Notes: generated by a model from the letters alone, not told the origin. A stretch of DNA of 64,000 bases from Leptolinea sp. UBA5203 (GCA_002412765.1 DHVR01000002.1:73191-137190); one strand, 5' to 3'. Counted from the first letter of the stretch, positions 40,526 to 50,305 are shown. Numbers and translations: made by a program.

Positions 40526-41614
40526 ATGAAAAACATACTCGTAACAGGTGGATGTGGATTTATTGGTTCAAATTTTATCCGCTACCTGCATCATCTCAAT
40601 CCGGCCTTACATATTTATAATATTGATTCCCTGACCTATGCTGGAAATCAAAATAACTTAAAAGAATTAAAAGGTTTAGCTAATTATGTTTTTATCCACG
40701 GAGATATCTGTGATTCAGATTTGGTTGAACGGATTTTGATTGAAAGTACGATTGATACCGTGGTCCATTTTGCCGCCGAAACCCATGTAGATCGCTCCAT
40801 TTATGGTCCTGAAGCATTCATTCATACAAACATTGTTGGTACATTTCGCTTGTTGGAAGCGGTAAAAAAAGTATGGCTGGCTCAAGGGGATGGAAATCTG
40901 GCAGACTATCGCTTTCACCATATCTCCACCGATGAAGTGTATGGTTCCCTGGCGTTAGAGGACCCCGCATTCGTTGAAACAACCCCCTATACACCCAATT
41001 CCCCCTATTCCGCATCAAAAGCCGCCAGTGACCATCTGGTGCGTGCCTACGCCCATACCTATCAACTTCCGATTACCATTTCTAATTGTTCCAATAATTA
41101 TGGGCCATATCAATATCCTGAAAAATTAATTCCCCTGATGGTTCTCAATGGACTTAATGGCGGGGAACTGCCCGTGTATGGGGATGGAAAGCAGATTCGA
41201 GACTGGCTGTATGTGGAAGATCATTGTGATGCCATCTATCAGATTCTACTGCACGGGATTCTAGGGGAAACCTACAATGTTGGTGGAAATACACAGCTAA
41301 GCAATTTAGAAGTGATAAAAACGATCTGTAATATTTTAGATACATTACAGCCGGATTCTGAGAACTTCCCTCATGAAAAACTGATTAAATTTGTCAATGA
41401 TCGTCCAGGGCATGATCGCCGATACGCCATTGATTGCACCAAATTAGCACAGACCCTTGGCTGGCAGCCGAAGACTAGTTTTGCTGAGGGAATACAGAAG
41501 ACGATTGCCTGGTATCTTGAGAATCCAGAATGGGTCAGTGATATGTATTCGCGGCGGGATTATCAATTGTGGTTAGAAAAGAATTACGAACAACGCGGGG
41601 AGGATAAGGGATGA
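40526..41614 (+). CDS. rfbB: dTDP-glucose 4,6-dehydratase
   Basis: It has [12 protein letters not shown], the catalytic [10 protein letters not shown] and a typical RfbB C-terminus. Confidence 0.95.
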   Translation: MKNILVTGGCGFIGSNFIRYLHHLNPALHIYNIDSLTYAGNQNNLKELKGLANYVFIHGDICDSDLVERILIESTIDTVVHFAAETHVDRSIYGPEAFIHTNIVGTFRLLEAVKKVWLAQGDGNLADYRFHHISTDEVYGSLALEDPAFVETTPYTPNSPYSASKAASDHLVRAYAHTYQLPITISNCSNNYGPYQYPEKLIPLMVLNGLNGGELPVYGDGKQIRDWLYVEDHCDAIYQILLHGILGETYNVGGNTQLSNLEVIKTICNILDTLQPDSENFPHEKLIKFVNDRPGHDRRYAIDCTKLAQTLGWQPKTSFAEGIQKTIAWYLENPEWVSDMYSRRDYQLWLEKNYEQRGEDKG

Positions 41615-42492
41615 AAGGAATTATCCTGGCTGGTGGCAAAGGAACCCGGCTCTATCCGCTTACCTTAACCATCAGCAAACAATTATTGCCGGTTTATGAC
41701 AAACCCATGATTTATTATCCCATCTCCATGTTAATGCTGGCGGGAATTCGGGAAGTATTAATCATCACCACACCGGAAGATCAATCCTCTTATCAACAAT
41801 TACTCAAAAATGGCGAGCAATGGGGAATGCAGTTTTCTTATGCTATTCAAGAAAACCCTGGTGGTCTGGCTGAAGCCTTTCTGGTTGGGGAGGAATTTAT
41901 CGCCGGTGAGCCGGTATGTTTGATATTGGGCGATAATATCTTCTTCGGAACCGGATTATCTACGATATTACAAAAGGCAGCCTTATTGCAGGATGGGGCG
42001 ACCGTATTTGCTTATGCGGTACGAGATCCACAGCGCTATGGTGTAGTGGAATTTGATTATTCCCATCATGTGCTTTCCCTGGAAGAAAAACCGGAGCAGC
42101 CTAGGTCCAATTATGCTGTTCCCGGGATATATTTTTATGATGGTCATGTTTGTGAACTAACCAAGCAAGTAGCTCCTTCACCCAGGGGAGAGTTGGAAAT
42201 CACGGATTTGAACAAGGCCTATCTGAAATTAGACAAATTGAACGTGGAAGTATTGGGCCGGGGCATTGCCTGGCTGGACGCGGGCACACATGAATCCTTG
42301 CTGCAGGCTTCTGAATTTGTGCAAGCTGTTCAGGACCGGCAGGGTTTGATGATCGCCTGTCCGGAAGAAATTGCCTATCGTATGGGCTTTATCAATCGGG
42401 AACAATTAATCGAATTGGCCTCAAAATTACAGCAGAACCAATACGGTGAGTATTTATTGAGCATTCTTAAGGACGGTGTTTTTTCTTTTTAA
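41611..42492 (+). CDS. rfbA: glucose-1-phosphate thymidylyltransferase
   Basis: [18 protein letters not shown] and PMIYYP are present. The start overlaps the rfbB stop by 4 nt. Confidence 0.95.
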   Translation: MKGIILAGGKGTRLYPLTLTISKQLLPVYDKPMIYYPISMLMLAGIREVLIITTPEDQSSYQQLLKNGEQWGMQFSYAIQENPGGLAEAFLVGEEFIAGEPVCLILGDNIFFGTGLSTILQKAALLQDGATVFAYAVRDPQRYGVVEFDYSHHVLSLEEKPEQPRSNYAVPGIYFYDGHVCELTKQVAPSPRGELEITDLNKAYLKLDKLNVEVLGRGIAWLDAGTHESLLQASEFVQAVQDRQGLMIACPEEIAYRMGFINREQLIELASKLQQNQYGEYLLSILKDGVFSF

Positions 42493-43148
42493 TTTGATTT
42501 GGCTCGCGGAAAGTATCGCAGGAAGTAGGCTGCAATGCCATAAGCGACGGCAACATTCAATGAATCCTTAAAACCCAACATGGGAATGGAAACAATGCTG
42601 TTGCATAGGGATAAGATTTTAGGATCCAACCCCGAGACTTCGCTGCCAACGATTAATAGAATAGGTTCGGGTGAAAGGGTAAAGATGACATCCTGCAAGG
42701 GGATTGCCTCGTCACCGCCTTCAAGAGCGAGGATTTGGTAACCCTGGTCATGTCGTTGTTGGATAAGTTCCAGAGAATTCGGATGGAATTGCCAGGGCAG
42801 ACTAAACTCAGAACCCAGAGCTGTTTTTGAGACTTTCGGATTTTCCGGCGTTGGGGTCATCCCGCATATATGCAAAGCGGTAATCCCTGCACTGTCGCTG
42901 GTTCGGAAGATTGAACCGACATTAAAAGCGGAGCGGATATTCTCCAGGACAACCTCGATGACTTGTTGTTCGGGGACAGGAGCTGACTTATTGACTTTTA
43001 CGGATTCGTAATTGGGTTCAATCGAAAAATGATCAGATCCGCAACGCGGGCATATGGTTAAGGGCTGGCGTTCTGGCTGAAAGGGAAAGCGAAATCCGCA
43101 ATCCTGGTTTGTACAGTGAAAGATGACATGATTTAGCATGAGTTTCAA
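42489..43148 (-). CDS. SpoU/TrmH-family RNA 2'-O-methyltransferase with an N-terminal zinc ribbon
   Basis: A CTNQDC...CPRCGSDH ribbon is followed by the SpoU core ([30 protein letters not shown]). Confidence 0.8.
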   Translation of the reverse strand: MKLMLNHVIFHCTNQDCGFRFPFQPERQPLTICPRCGSDHFSIEPNYESVKVNKSAPVPEQQVIEVVLENIRSAFNVGSIFRTSDSAGITALHICGMTPTPENPKVSKTALGSEFSLPWQFHPNSLELIQQRHDQGYQILALEGGDEAIPLQDVIFTLSPEPILLIVGSEVSGLDPKILSLCNSIVSIPMLGFKDSLNVAVAYGIAAYFLRYFPRAKSN

Positions 43149-43183
43149 GCAAATTATAATGGATGCTTGTGGAGGAGGATAGG

Positions 43184-44089
43184 ATGAAAGTTTATGGAAG
43201 TATTGAAGCAGGTGGCACGAAGATAGTCTGCTTAATTGCGAAAAGTTCCACCAAAATCCTGGATCAATGGGTGATTCAAACCGAAATGCCAGAGATGACC
43301 CTGAATGCGACCGTAGCTTATTTCAAGGGTATGTTGCTGCAACACCCGGAATGGCAGTTACAGTCCATCGGGATTGCCTCTTTCGGCCCGATTGATCTTA
43401 CACTCACTTCCAAAACTTACGGCTTCATCCAACAAACGCCCAAACCGGGTTGGGCAGGTACTGATCTAGTGGGGTTTATTCAACGGGAAATGGGTGTGCC
43501 GGTTTATCTGGATACGGATGTGGGCGGAGCTGCTTTGGCTGAATACACGCTCGGTGCTGGAAAAGAAAAAAACTCTCTGATTTACCTGACAATCGGAACC
43601 GGAATTGGCGGAGCTTATATACATTACGGAAAAAACATTTACGGGATTCATCACGCTGAATATGGACATATGAAAGTACCCCGCATCCCGGATGATGCCT
43701 ATCGAGGCGGATGCCCTTTTCATGATGATTGTCTGGAGGGGATGGCCAGTGGTCCTGCCATGTTGAAACGGTGGGGCATCCCGGCAGATCAGTTACCCAT
43801 GGATCATCCGGGCTGGGATTATGAGGCTGCCTATTTGGGACAAGCTGTGATTAATCTAATTTACACTCTTTCCCCTGAAATTATCGTCCTGGGCGGTGGT
43901 GTGATGAATCACGCAGGCCTTATTGACAAAGTACAGGATTTTGTGCACGCCAATATGAATGCTTACTGCCAACCGGCGGCGTATCGGACAGAAATACGTT
44001 CCACCATTGTTTTACCGCAATGCGGCAATATCGCCGGGGCCATAGGTGGTTTAATCCTGGCGGAAAATGGATTGAAGGCAAAAAAATAA
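43184..44089 (+). CDS. ROK-family sugar kinase (fructokinase-like)
   Basis: It has EAGGTKIVC and the Zn motif GHMKV....GGCPFHDDCLEG. ATG 43184 follows GGAGGAGGA. Confidence 0.8.
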   Translation: MKVYGSIEAGGTKIVCLIAKSSTKILDQWVIQTEMPEMTLNATVAYFKGMLLQHPEWQLQSIGIASFGPIDLTLTSKTYGFIQQTPKPGWAGTDLVGFIQREMGVPVYLDTDVGGAALAEYTLGAGKEKNSLIYLTIGTGIGGAYIHYGKNIYGIHHAEYGHMKVPRIPDDAYRGGCPFHDDCLEGMASGPAMLKRWGIPADQLPMDHPGWDYEAAYLGQAVINLIYTLSPEIIVLGGGVMNHAGLIDKVQDFVHANMNAYCQPAAYRTEIRSTIVLPQCGNIAGAIGGLILAENGLKAKK

Positions 44090-44121
44090 GGGATTGTTTT
44101 CTAAGAATAGATAACAAACAA

Positions 44122-44179
44122 GGGTCTGTCTAATCTGTAGCGGCAATTCATGAATTGCCATTACAGATTAGACAGACCC
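44122..44179. repeat. 58-nt near-perfect palindrome (27 of 29 positions pair)
   Basis: The outer arms are GGGTCTGTCTAATCTGTA / TACAGATTAGACAGACCC and the inner palindrome is GGCAATTCATGAATTGCC. It lies between the convergent ROK kinase and rpiB genes. Confidence 0.9.
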
Positions 44180-44245
44180 AAACACGTTGATAAATGGGGG
44201 AGTACCTTAGTTCCTACCTCTTCCAAAAATTCAAGGGAAAAAAGA

Positions 44246-44692
44246 TTACAAATCATCTTCCAGTGCGACGATTTTATTAAACCGGCGCTGATATTTTTCA
44301 CCTGAAAAGGCATCTGCATTTAAAAAGGTAAGCACTAGCTCTTTTGCCAGCTCGGTTCCAATGACCCGCCCGCCCAGGCATAAGGTGTTCATTTTGTCAT
44401 GTTCCACACCCTGATGGGCGGAATAGGTATCGTGACAGGTGGATGCATAAATCCCTTTAATTTTATTGGCCGAGATGCAGACGCCCACACCGGATCCGCA
44501 CATCAAAATGGCGCGGTCGGCTTGCTTTGTTTGCACGGCCAAGCAGGCTTTCTTGACAAAATCCGGGAAATCAACGGAGAACTCACTATCTGTACCAAAG
44601 TCCAGAACTTCATGGTTTAAGGATTGTATGGCTGCAATGACAGTTTGTTTTAAGGGGAATCCGCCATGATCATTTGCGACAGCAATTTTCAT
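44246..44692 (-). CDS. rpiB: ribose-5-phosphate isomerase B
   Basis: MKIAVANDHGG and CGSGVGVCISANK are present. The product is 148 aa from ATG 44692; the track extension to 44815 is not supported. Confidence 0.9.
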   Translation of the reverse strand: MKIAVANDHGGFPLKQTVIAAIQSLNHEVLDFGTDSEFSVDFPDFVKKACLAVQTKQADRAILMCGSGVGVCISANKIKGIYASTCHDTYSAHQGVEHDKMNTLCLGGRVIGTELAKELVLTFLNADAFSGEKYQRRFNKIVALEDDL

Positions 44693-44869
44693 AACTACCT
44701 CGTAAAGGTTGAATTTTGAGTGTATCGAGAAAAATGGAATTATCCAGATCCTAGGTGTTTTTAATAATATCCTTAGGGTCTTCTTCAACACCCTTATATT
44801 TCTAGATTGTATCACAGAACATTTTGACTGTTATAATAGAAAAAAATCGTATAAATAGAAAGTAATGTT

Positions 44870-45418
44870 ATGACAAAAACTCGTTGGAAAATAATAGTAT
44901 CTAGCTGCCTGGCTTTTGCTTTGAGTTGGCTGAGTATGAGTGCTGTCCTTCTTAAACCTTCGGAACAAGACGAAGTCTTTGCACCTGCGAAAGGATTTTA
45001 TGCACCCAATTTCACGCTGGATAAGTTGGATGGACCTTCCTTTACCTTATCAGATCATATCGGGAAGCCCATTTTACTCACTCTTTGGGCCAGTTGGTGT
45101 TCTCCGTGCAAAGCAGAGATGCCGACTTTCAATCAGGTCTACCAGGAATTGGGGCCTGAAAATGTGTTGGTACTAGGGGTGAATGTGACATCCCAGGATG
45201 ATCCGGCAAACGTAAAAGCCTTTGTTGAAGAGAACAGACTGAGTTTTCCTGTTTTGATGGATACTCAGGGTGAAGTAGCGGATCTGTATCGGCTGCGTGG
45301 ATTACCCATGACTTATTTCATTGATTCCCAGGGTAAAATCACGGATGTCATCGTAGGTGGTCCATTATCTGCGGGAACTGTGCGCAGTATATTCAATGAA
45401 CTCCTGCAGGAGAATTAA
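44870..45418 (+). CDS. TlpA/ResA-family thiol:disulfide oxidoreductase (membrane anchored)
   Basis: An N-terminal TM segment is followed by the WASWCSPCKAEMP active site. Confidence 0.85.
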   Translation: MTKTRWKIIVSSCLAFALSWLSMSAVLLKPSEQDEVFAPAKGFYAPNFTLDKLDGPSFTLSDHIGKPILLTLWASWCSPCKAEMPTFNQVYQELGPENVLVLGVNVTSQDDPANVKAFVEENRLSFPVLMDTQGEVADLYRLRGLPMTYFIDSQGKITDVIVGGPLSAGTVRSIFNELLQEN

Positions 45419-45420
45419 TT

Positions 45421-46188
45421 ATGTTCCCAGTACTTAACATTGGGCCGCTTGCCATCCAGTCTGCCGGTTTGATCATCCTGCTGGGTGTTTGGATTGGGCT
45501 TTCCTGGGCAGAAAAAAATGCATCAAAACATGGCATACATCCTGATTTGATCTATACAGTTCTATTTCTTGTTTTCGCTGCCAGTCTGCTGGGTGCAAGG
45601 GTTGGGTACGCTGTCATTCATTTGGAAAGTTATAAAAATCATGTGTGGGATATGTTATCGCTGAATTTTTACAGCATGGATTGGTCCACCGCCATTTTGA
45701 TTGGGGTACTGACTTTTTTGATTTACACCCAAAAGAAAAATATCCCTGTCTGGGCTTTTTTGGACAGCATCATCCCTTTTCTGCTCGTTCTCAATGTTGC
45801 CCTGGCAGTAGCCTCTCTGGCGACATTAAGCGCTATTGGGTCAGAGACCACGTTGCCCTGGGGAATACAGATTTATGGCAGCTTTAGACATCCGGTACAG
45901 ATTTATCATCTTTTACTTGCAGGGGGAATGGTGTTTCTATTCTGGCCAACACGAAAAATAGTTTTTGGCATTGAAAGAAAGCAATTATTACCGGGTGCAG
46001 AATTTGGGCTTTTTTTGATGATTGTTTCGCTTAGTTTGATCATCGTACAGACGTTTCGAGCAGATGTTCCCCTATCCTTTCTGTCAGTTAATTTGTATCA
46101 TTGGATTGGACTATTTGGTTTGATTACAGGTATTTTGCTTATCAGAAAACGCATCCTGTTTATGGATGAAGGTGGCGTGAATGACTGA
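45421..46188 (+). CDS. lgt: prolipoprotein diacylglyceryl transferase
   Basis: It has GARVGYAV and RHPVQIYH (compare the Lgt signature HPTQLYE) and is polytopic. Confidence 0.85.
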   Translation: MFPVLNIGPLAIQSAGLIILLGVWIGLSWAEKNASKHGIHPDLIYTVLFLVFAASLLGARVGYAVIHLESYKNHVWDMLSLNFYSMDWSTAILIGVLTFLIYTQKKNIPVWAFLDSIIPFLLVLNVALAVASLATLSAIGSETTLPWGIQIYGSFRHPVQIYHLLLAGGMVFLFWPTRKIVFGIERKQLLPGAEFGLFLMIVSLSLIIVQTFRADVPLSFLSVNLYHWIGLFGLITGILLIRKRILFMDEGGVND

Positions 46189-46900
46189 TTCTGTACTGAT
46201 CACAGGGGCTGCCAAACGCATAGGCCGTTTTCTGGCCGAGTTCCTGGCAAAAGAAGGTTTTGAGATCGTACTACACTACGGAACTTCGCATAGTGATGCC
46301 GAACTGGTCAAGCAAGCCATTGAAGCTGCCGGAGGCAAATGCCATCTGCTGCAGGCAGATTTGTCCGATCCTCAGGCGGCCACTCAGATCTTTGAGAATC
46401 TTCAACAAAACGGGATTCGAGTACGATATCTGATTCATAATGCTTCCCTGTTTGAGGATATCCGGTTTGAGACGATGAGCCAGACCGACTGGCAGCGCCA
46501 CTTGCAGGTCAATTTGACCACACCGGTTTTTCTCAATCAGGCTTTTGCAGTTCAATTGGAGAAAGGAGAATCCGGCAGGATCATTCATCTGCTGGATTGG
46601 CGGGCTTTGCGTCCAGGCGCGGACCATTTTCCCTATACCATCAGCAAAGCGGCTCTCGCGAGCGTCACCCAATCCCTGGCCCTGGCTCTGGCGCCGCAGA
46701 TTCAAGTCAATGGCATTGCTTTCGGAGCCATTCTGCCACCATCTGATGGCGGCGACACACAAAAAATTCTGGAAACCGTTCCTGCAAAACGCTGGGCAAC
46801 CCTGGAAGAAGTCGGACAGACTGTGCTTTTCTTGTTAACCGGACCAGCTTATATCACCGGCGAGATCATTCCCTTGGATGGTGGCCGGCATTTATTGTAA
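46181..46900 (+). CDS. short-chain dehydrogenase/reductase, pteridine-reductase/FolM-like
   Basis: It has ITGAAKRIG and the catalytic YTISKAAL. It is followed closely by folB-folK, and its 5' end overlaps the lgt stop by 8 nt. Confidence 0.7.
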   Translation: MTDSVLITGAAKRIGRFLAEFLAKEGFEIVLHYGTSHSDAELVKQAIEAAGGKCHLLQADLSDPQAATQIFENLQQNGIRVRYLIHNASLFEDIRFETMSQTDWQRHLQVNLTTPVFLNQAFAVQLEKGESGRIIHLLDWRALRPGADHFPYTISKAALASVTQSLALALAPQIQVNGIAFGAILPPSDGGDTQKILETVPAKRWATLEEVGQTVLFLLTGPAYITGEIIPLDGGRHLL

Positions 46901-46925
46901 ACTATTAGAAAATTGTGGAGAACTC

Positions 46926-47285
46926 ATGGATCATGTAATTATTAAGAACTTAATGGTGCGGGGCGTGATTGGCATTTCGGATCACGAGCGGCGGGAACGA
47001 CAGGATATTGTCGTCAATGTGGACATGAGCGCAGATTTACAGGTAGCCGGCGAAAGTGACAATATTGAGGATTGTGTCAATTATCGCACGGTTTCCAAAG
47101 AGATCATCAAGCATGTGGAAACCCGCGGAAGGTTTACCGTTGAAGCCCTGGCAGCGGATATCGCTGCAATTTGCCTGGCGCATGACGCCGTACAAAAAGT
47201 AAAAGTGCGCATAGAGAAACCAGGCGCGGTGCGTTTTTCTGAATCCGTGGGTGTGGAAATTATCCGCAAAAAGGTGAGTGGATGA
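46926..47285 (+). CDS. folB: dihydroneopterin aldolase
   Basis: 119 aa. The pattern IKNLMVRGVIGISDHERRERQDIVVNVDM....DNIEDCVNYRTV is typical of FolB. ATG 46926 follows GGAG. Confidence 0.85.
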   Translation: MDHVIIKNLMVRGVIGISDHERRERQDIVVNVDMSADLQVAGESDNIEDCVNYRTVSKEIIKHVETRGRFTVEALAADIAAICLAHDAVQKVKVRIEKPGAVRFSESVGVEIIRKKVSG

Positions 47286-47761
47286 ATCATTCCGTGTATT
47301 TGATTCTCGGCAGCAACATTGAACCGGAAAAGAATACATTGCAGGCAATTCGGTTTTTATACAGGGTGTGCAACCTTGTAAAGGTATCATCTACTTGGGA
47401 AACCGTCGCAGTGGGAAGTGATGGCCCTAATTTCCTAAACACGGCTTTATGGATTGAAACCCCGCTTAACGCAGAAGAAATCAAAACTACGATCATTGCT
47501 GACCTGGAAAAACAGTTGGGCAGAATCCGTACCACGGATAAAAATGCACCCCGCACCATTGATCTGGACATTGTTATTTACGATCAGACTCTGCTGGAAC
47601 CTGCCTTATGGAAGAAAGCCTTTATTGCTATTCCCATGGCGGAATTAATCCCGGAGTACCCTCATCCTGACGGGAAAGGTACCTTGAAGGAGTTTATCCA
47701 TCAATTTGAGGGACAGAACCTGGCTTTTCTTTATCCTCTACCGATAGAAAAATTTTCCTGA
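47282..47761 (+). CDS. folK: 2-amino-4-hydroxy-6-hydroxymethyldihydropteridine pyrophosphokinase
   Basis: VYLILGSN and RTIDLDIV motifs are present in 159 aa. The start overlaps the folB stop by 4 nt. Confidence 0.9.
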   Translation: MNHSVYLILGSNIEPEKNTLQAIRFLYRVCNLVKVSSTWETVAVGSDGPNFLNTALWIETPLNAEEIKTTIIADLEKQLGRIRTTDKNAPRTIDLDIVIYDQTLLEPALWKKAFIAIPMAELIPEYPHPDGKGTLKEFIHQFEGQNLAFLYPLPIEKFS

Positions 47762-50036
47762 TTGGTTTGTCATTTTGCATCACGGAATAGCGTTTAAAAA
47801 GAGTTCGCTGCCTGGCAGGTTGTTCTGCGGCAGCGATTTTTTTTATCACCAGACGCAGCAGCATCTCTTCATCCATGCCAAAGGAAGTGAGAATGGTCGA
47901 GACGGCACGCAGCAGCAATTTAAGATAAATCTGCTGATCCGGCAGGGAAGGCGTGTGGGATAGGGGCATATCCCAGGCCTGAATGCGCGGGGGATGCTGC
48001 ATGAAGAGAAATTTTATCGTCTGCCCGGGACGGATGGTTTTACCGGCTGCCACCATCTGTGCGGCGGCTTTGGCTGCCGGAGAGGGGGAATGGTAGTCGT
48101 CCAGTTCGCGGCTGATTTTTTGCGTGACCAGCAGTTTTTCCAGCGAAATCCGGCCTCTTTTTAATTTTTGTACTTCCTGCTGCAAGTATTGAATAATTTT
48201 CGGCTGCAAGGATGGGAACTCCTCCAGGCTGGGCAGGGCAGCAATCTGCTCCAGCAGAGTTTGTTGAATTTCGGCAATCCAGAGCGGGGTATCCCGGCGG
48301 CGCAATTCAATGCCGCGCAATTTCAAACTACCGTCTTCAAAGACGCCAAAATAGCGGTTGGCCACCGGAATTTGATCATTGCCTTTGGAGGGCAGGAAAA
48401 CAATCCAGCGGAAAATGCCGTCTGCGGCGATGGGCAGTCCGGTCCGCTGTTGAATGGCTTCAAGCAGCGGTTGAAGGGTTTCCAGGGTGATGAGGGTCGG
48501 CGATTTAATCCACAAACCGTCGACGTACATATGCAGGATGGAGTAGCCCATTTCTTCTGCGGTCTCTTTGGCACGCATCAAAGACTCGCGTCCATAGGCC
48601 GTAACGGCCTCGTGAGCCTCGATACGGCCGAAACGGGCATTCTTGTACCCAAGATAGCCAAAACAGGTCACCAGCAGCCATTTATGGGCTGAGGACTGGG
48701 CTTTGTAAACCTCGTAGGCCGGGTCCCATTTTTCCAGGGTTGCCAGGGTTTGCTTAATTCGCACCCGTTTTTGCAGCAGGGGCGCCAGGGTGTTGGGGAT
48801 CAATCCCTGGGGTTTCTGATGTTGATCTTCAACAAAGTCTTTGCTGCCCGGGGTGCTGCTGAAGGTTTCCGGGGAGATGTTTTCGTGCACCATGATGCTG
48901 GGATACATCGAAATAAAATCAATCCCGGCCACGTTTTCGTGCACGCCTACCGTGGGCTGATAGACCAATCCGCCCAGATCGGTATGGATCAAATCCAAGG
49001 CGGTTTTGGTGTTTTCCGCCTGCTGTTTGTGCCAGGGGACCAGAACACCCTGTCGGAGGGCGGTGGTCATTTGCATGGCAGAGATGCCGCTGCCTGGGGA
49101 GACTCTGGCGACGGTCTGAATGGGCAAGCCGGTGACGCGTGCCAATTCCAGGATGCCATCCACCTGGTAATCATGAAAGAGGGTGGCGTTGTGAATGTCG
49201 ATGTGCCAGCGTCCAAAGAGGTGGATCTGTTGATCGCGGTAGATGGTTTGTCCGTAGGAGAAATACACCAGATCATTTTTGCGTAAAACGGTTTGACGCG
49301 TGTCGCGGTTCAGGGGCAGGAAAATATTATGGATGCGGCTTTGTTCCATCAGGTGCGGCATCAGCCAGCCGTCTCCCCAGGCGGTCAGAATCAAATCCGG
49401 GTCGTATTGCTGCAGCAGACTGCACAGGGTGATCAGCATGACGCGGACTGGATTGAGTTTGACTTTTCGTTGAATGCCGTTTTGATGCAGGATCAGACTG
49501 AGCGGTGTTTGATGGCGCGGGGACTGATCGGGCTCCATGGAGAGGATTTTGATGGGCGGCCGGGTGACTGAGAGTTCCCAGGGCGTTTCCAGCACGCTGA
49601 TCTGCTGCAAAGTATTCAGCTCGTCATGTTCGATGCTGCAATAGCAAAGGGGAAAGGTGTTATGCAGACTGGCGTGGCGCAGGGAGAGGGTCACATCCGC
49701 GTCAAAATAGTCCAGATCCGGAAATTTGGCGGAAAGCGCCTTGAAGACCTGCGGCTGCTGGGCGGGGGAACGCACCTCCACGGCCAGCACGGCGATGGGC
49801 TGGGGCTGGAAAATGTCCTGTCTCTCCGTGCGGTATAGCTTCAGTTCATAGGGCATGGCTTTCAGCATCTTCCAGGCTTCGCGCAATTGGCGGGTATCCC
49901 CGGCGGCATAGAAGGTGATCGGGAAGGGCTGAAACAGGCGCAGACGTTCCCCATCCTGGTCCAAAAACCACAGCGTAATGCCCGGTTTTTCCGGGTCGGG
50001 GTATAAGTCCATCAGCCAGCCGTTGCGCCTACTCAT
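47694..50036 (-). CDS. family-B DNA polymerase, divergent (exonuclease motif II and several polymerase motifs substituted)
   Basis: Motif A is IDFISMYPSI, motif B KWLLVTCFGYLGY and motif C HMYVDGLW. The NRY...RGIELRRRD region is present. The N-terminus is archaeal-PolB-like (WLMDLYPD...ITLWFLDQDGERL), and the Exo II region reads DPDLILTAWGDGWLMPHL. Confidence 0.85.
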   Translation of the reverse strand: MSRRNGWLMDLYPDPEKPGITLWFLDQDGERLRLFQPFPITFYAAGDTRQLREAWKMLKAMPYELKLYRTERQDIFQPQPIAVLAVEVRSPAQQPQVFKALSAKFPDLDYFDADVTLSLRHASLHNTFPLCYCSIEHDELNTLQQISVLETPWELSVTRPPIKILSMEPDQSPRHQTPLSLILHQNGIQRKVKLNPVRVMLITLCSLLQQYDPDLILTAWGDGWLMPHLMEQSRIHNIFLPLNRDTRQTVLRKNDLVYFSYGQTIYRDQQIHLFGRWHIDIHNATLFHDYQVDGILELARVTGLPIQTVARVSPGSGISAMQMTTALRQGVLVPWHKQQAENTKTALDLIHTDLGGLVYQPTVGVHENVAGIDFISMYPSIMVHENISPETFSSTPGSKDFVEDQHQKPQGLIPNTLAPLLQKRVRIKQTLATLEKWDPAYEVYKAQSSAHKWLLVTCFGYLGYKNARFGRIEAHEAVTAYGRESLMRAKETAEEMGYSILHMYVDGLWIKSPTLITLETLQPLLEAIQQRTGLPIAADGIFRWIVFLPSKGNDQIPVANRYFGVFEDGSLKLRGIELRRRDTPLWIAEIQQTLLEQIAALPSLEEFPSLQPKIIQYLQQEVQKLKRGRISLEKLLVTQKISRELDDYHSPSPAAKAAAQMVAAGKTIRPGQTIKFLFMQHPPRIQAWDMPLSHTPSLPDQQIYLKLLLRAVSTILTSFGMDEEMLLRLVIKKIAAAEQPARQRTLFKRYSVMQNDKPIRKIFLSVEDKEKPGSVPQIDG

Positions 50037-50286
50037 CGAGAACTTCGCTTAGGGCATCCTGAAGCTGGCAGACTTTTTTGTGTTCTTCCAGCAGCATGGC
50101 CAGTAGGAAGATTTCGAAGGGCAGTGCGTGGGTGGCATAAGCGGCGGCGGCGAGGTGCTTTTGTGCTTCGGCAAATAGATCATCCAAAATCAGTTGATCA
50201 CTTTTGCGCAGCGCGCGCCGGAATTTGGAGAAAGAACTCTGCTCGTGTAAAAATTGTTGAGTAATGGAAGGTAATGTGCGTCCCAT
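50029..50286 (-). CDS. 85-aa predicted all-helical protein, unknown function
   Basis: Its stop overlaps the PolB ATG (ATGAGTAG), and it starts 19 nt after the upstream gene. I recognise no motif. Confidence 0.5.
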   Translation of the reverse strand: MGRTLPSITQQFLHEQSSFSKFRRALRKSDQLILDDLFAEAQKHLAAAAYATHALPFEIFLLAMLLEEHKKVCQLQDALSEVLDE

Positions 50287-50305
50287 GGGTTTTCATCCTG
50301 TACCT

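Noticed and set aside
44693-44815. A 41-codon extension of rpiB.
   Set aside because: RpiB proteins begin at MKIA..NDHGG. The extension is AT-rich, and its translation (IQSRNIRVLKK...) looks non-coding.
46181-47761. The SDR-folB-folK cluster without folP, considered as a possible novel pterin pathway.
   Set aside because: Linkage of a FolM/pteridine-reductase-like SDR to folB/folK is a known arrangement, and folP may simply lie elsewhere. Nothing here is unusual at the sequence level.
48168-49571. Several long plus-strand ORFs (174, 178, 97 and 92 aa) lie antisense to the PolB gene.
   Set aside because: Their translations are low-complexity (G/Q/R-rich) with no motifs. They lie entirely inside a well-supported, GC-rich minus-strand gene, so they are typical shadow ORFs.
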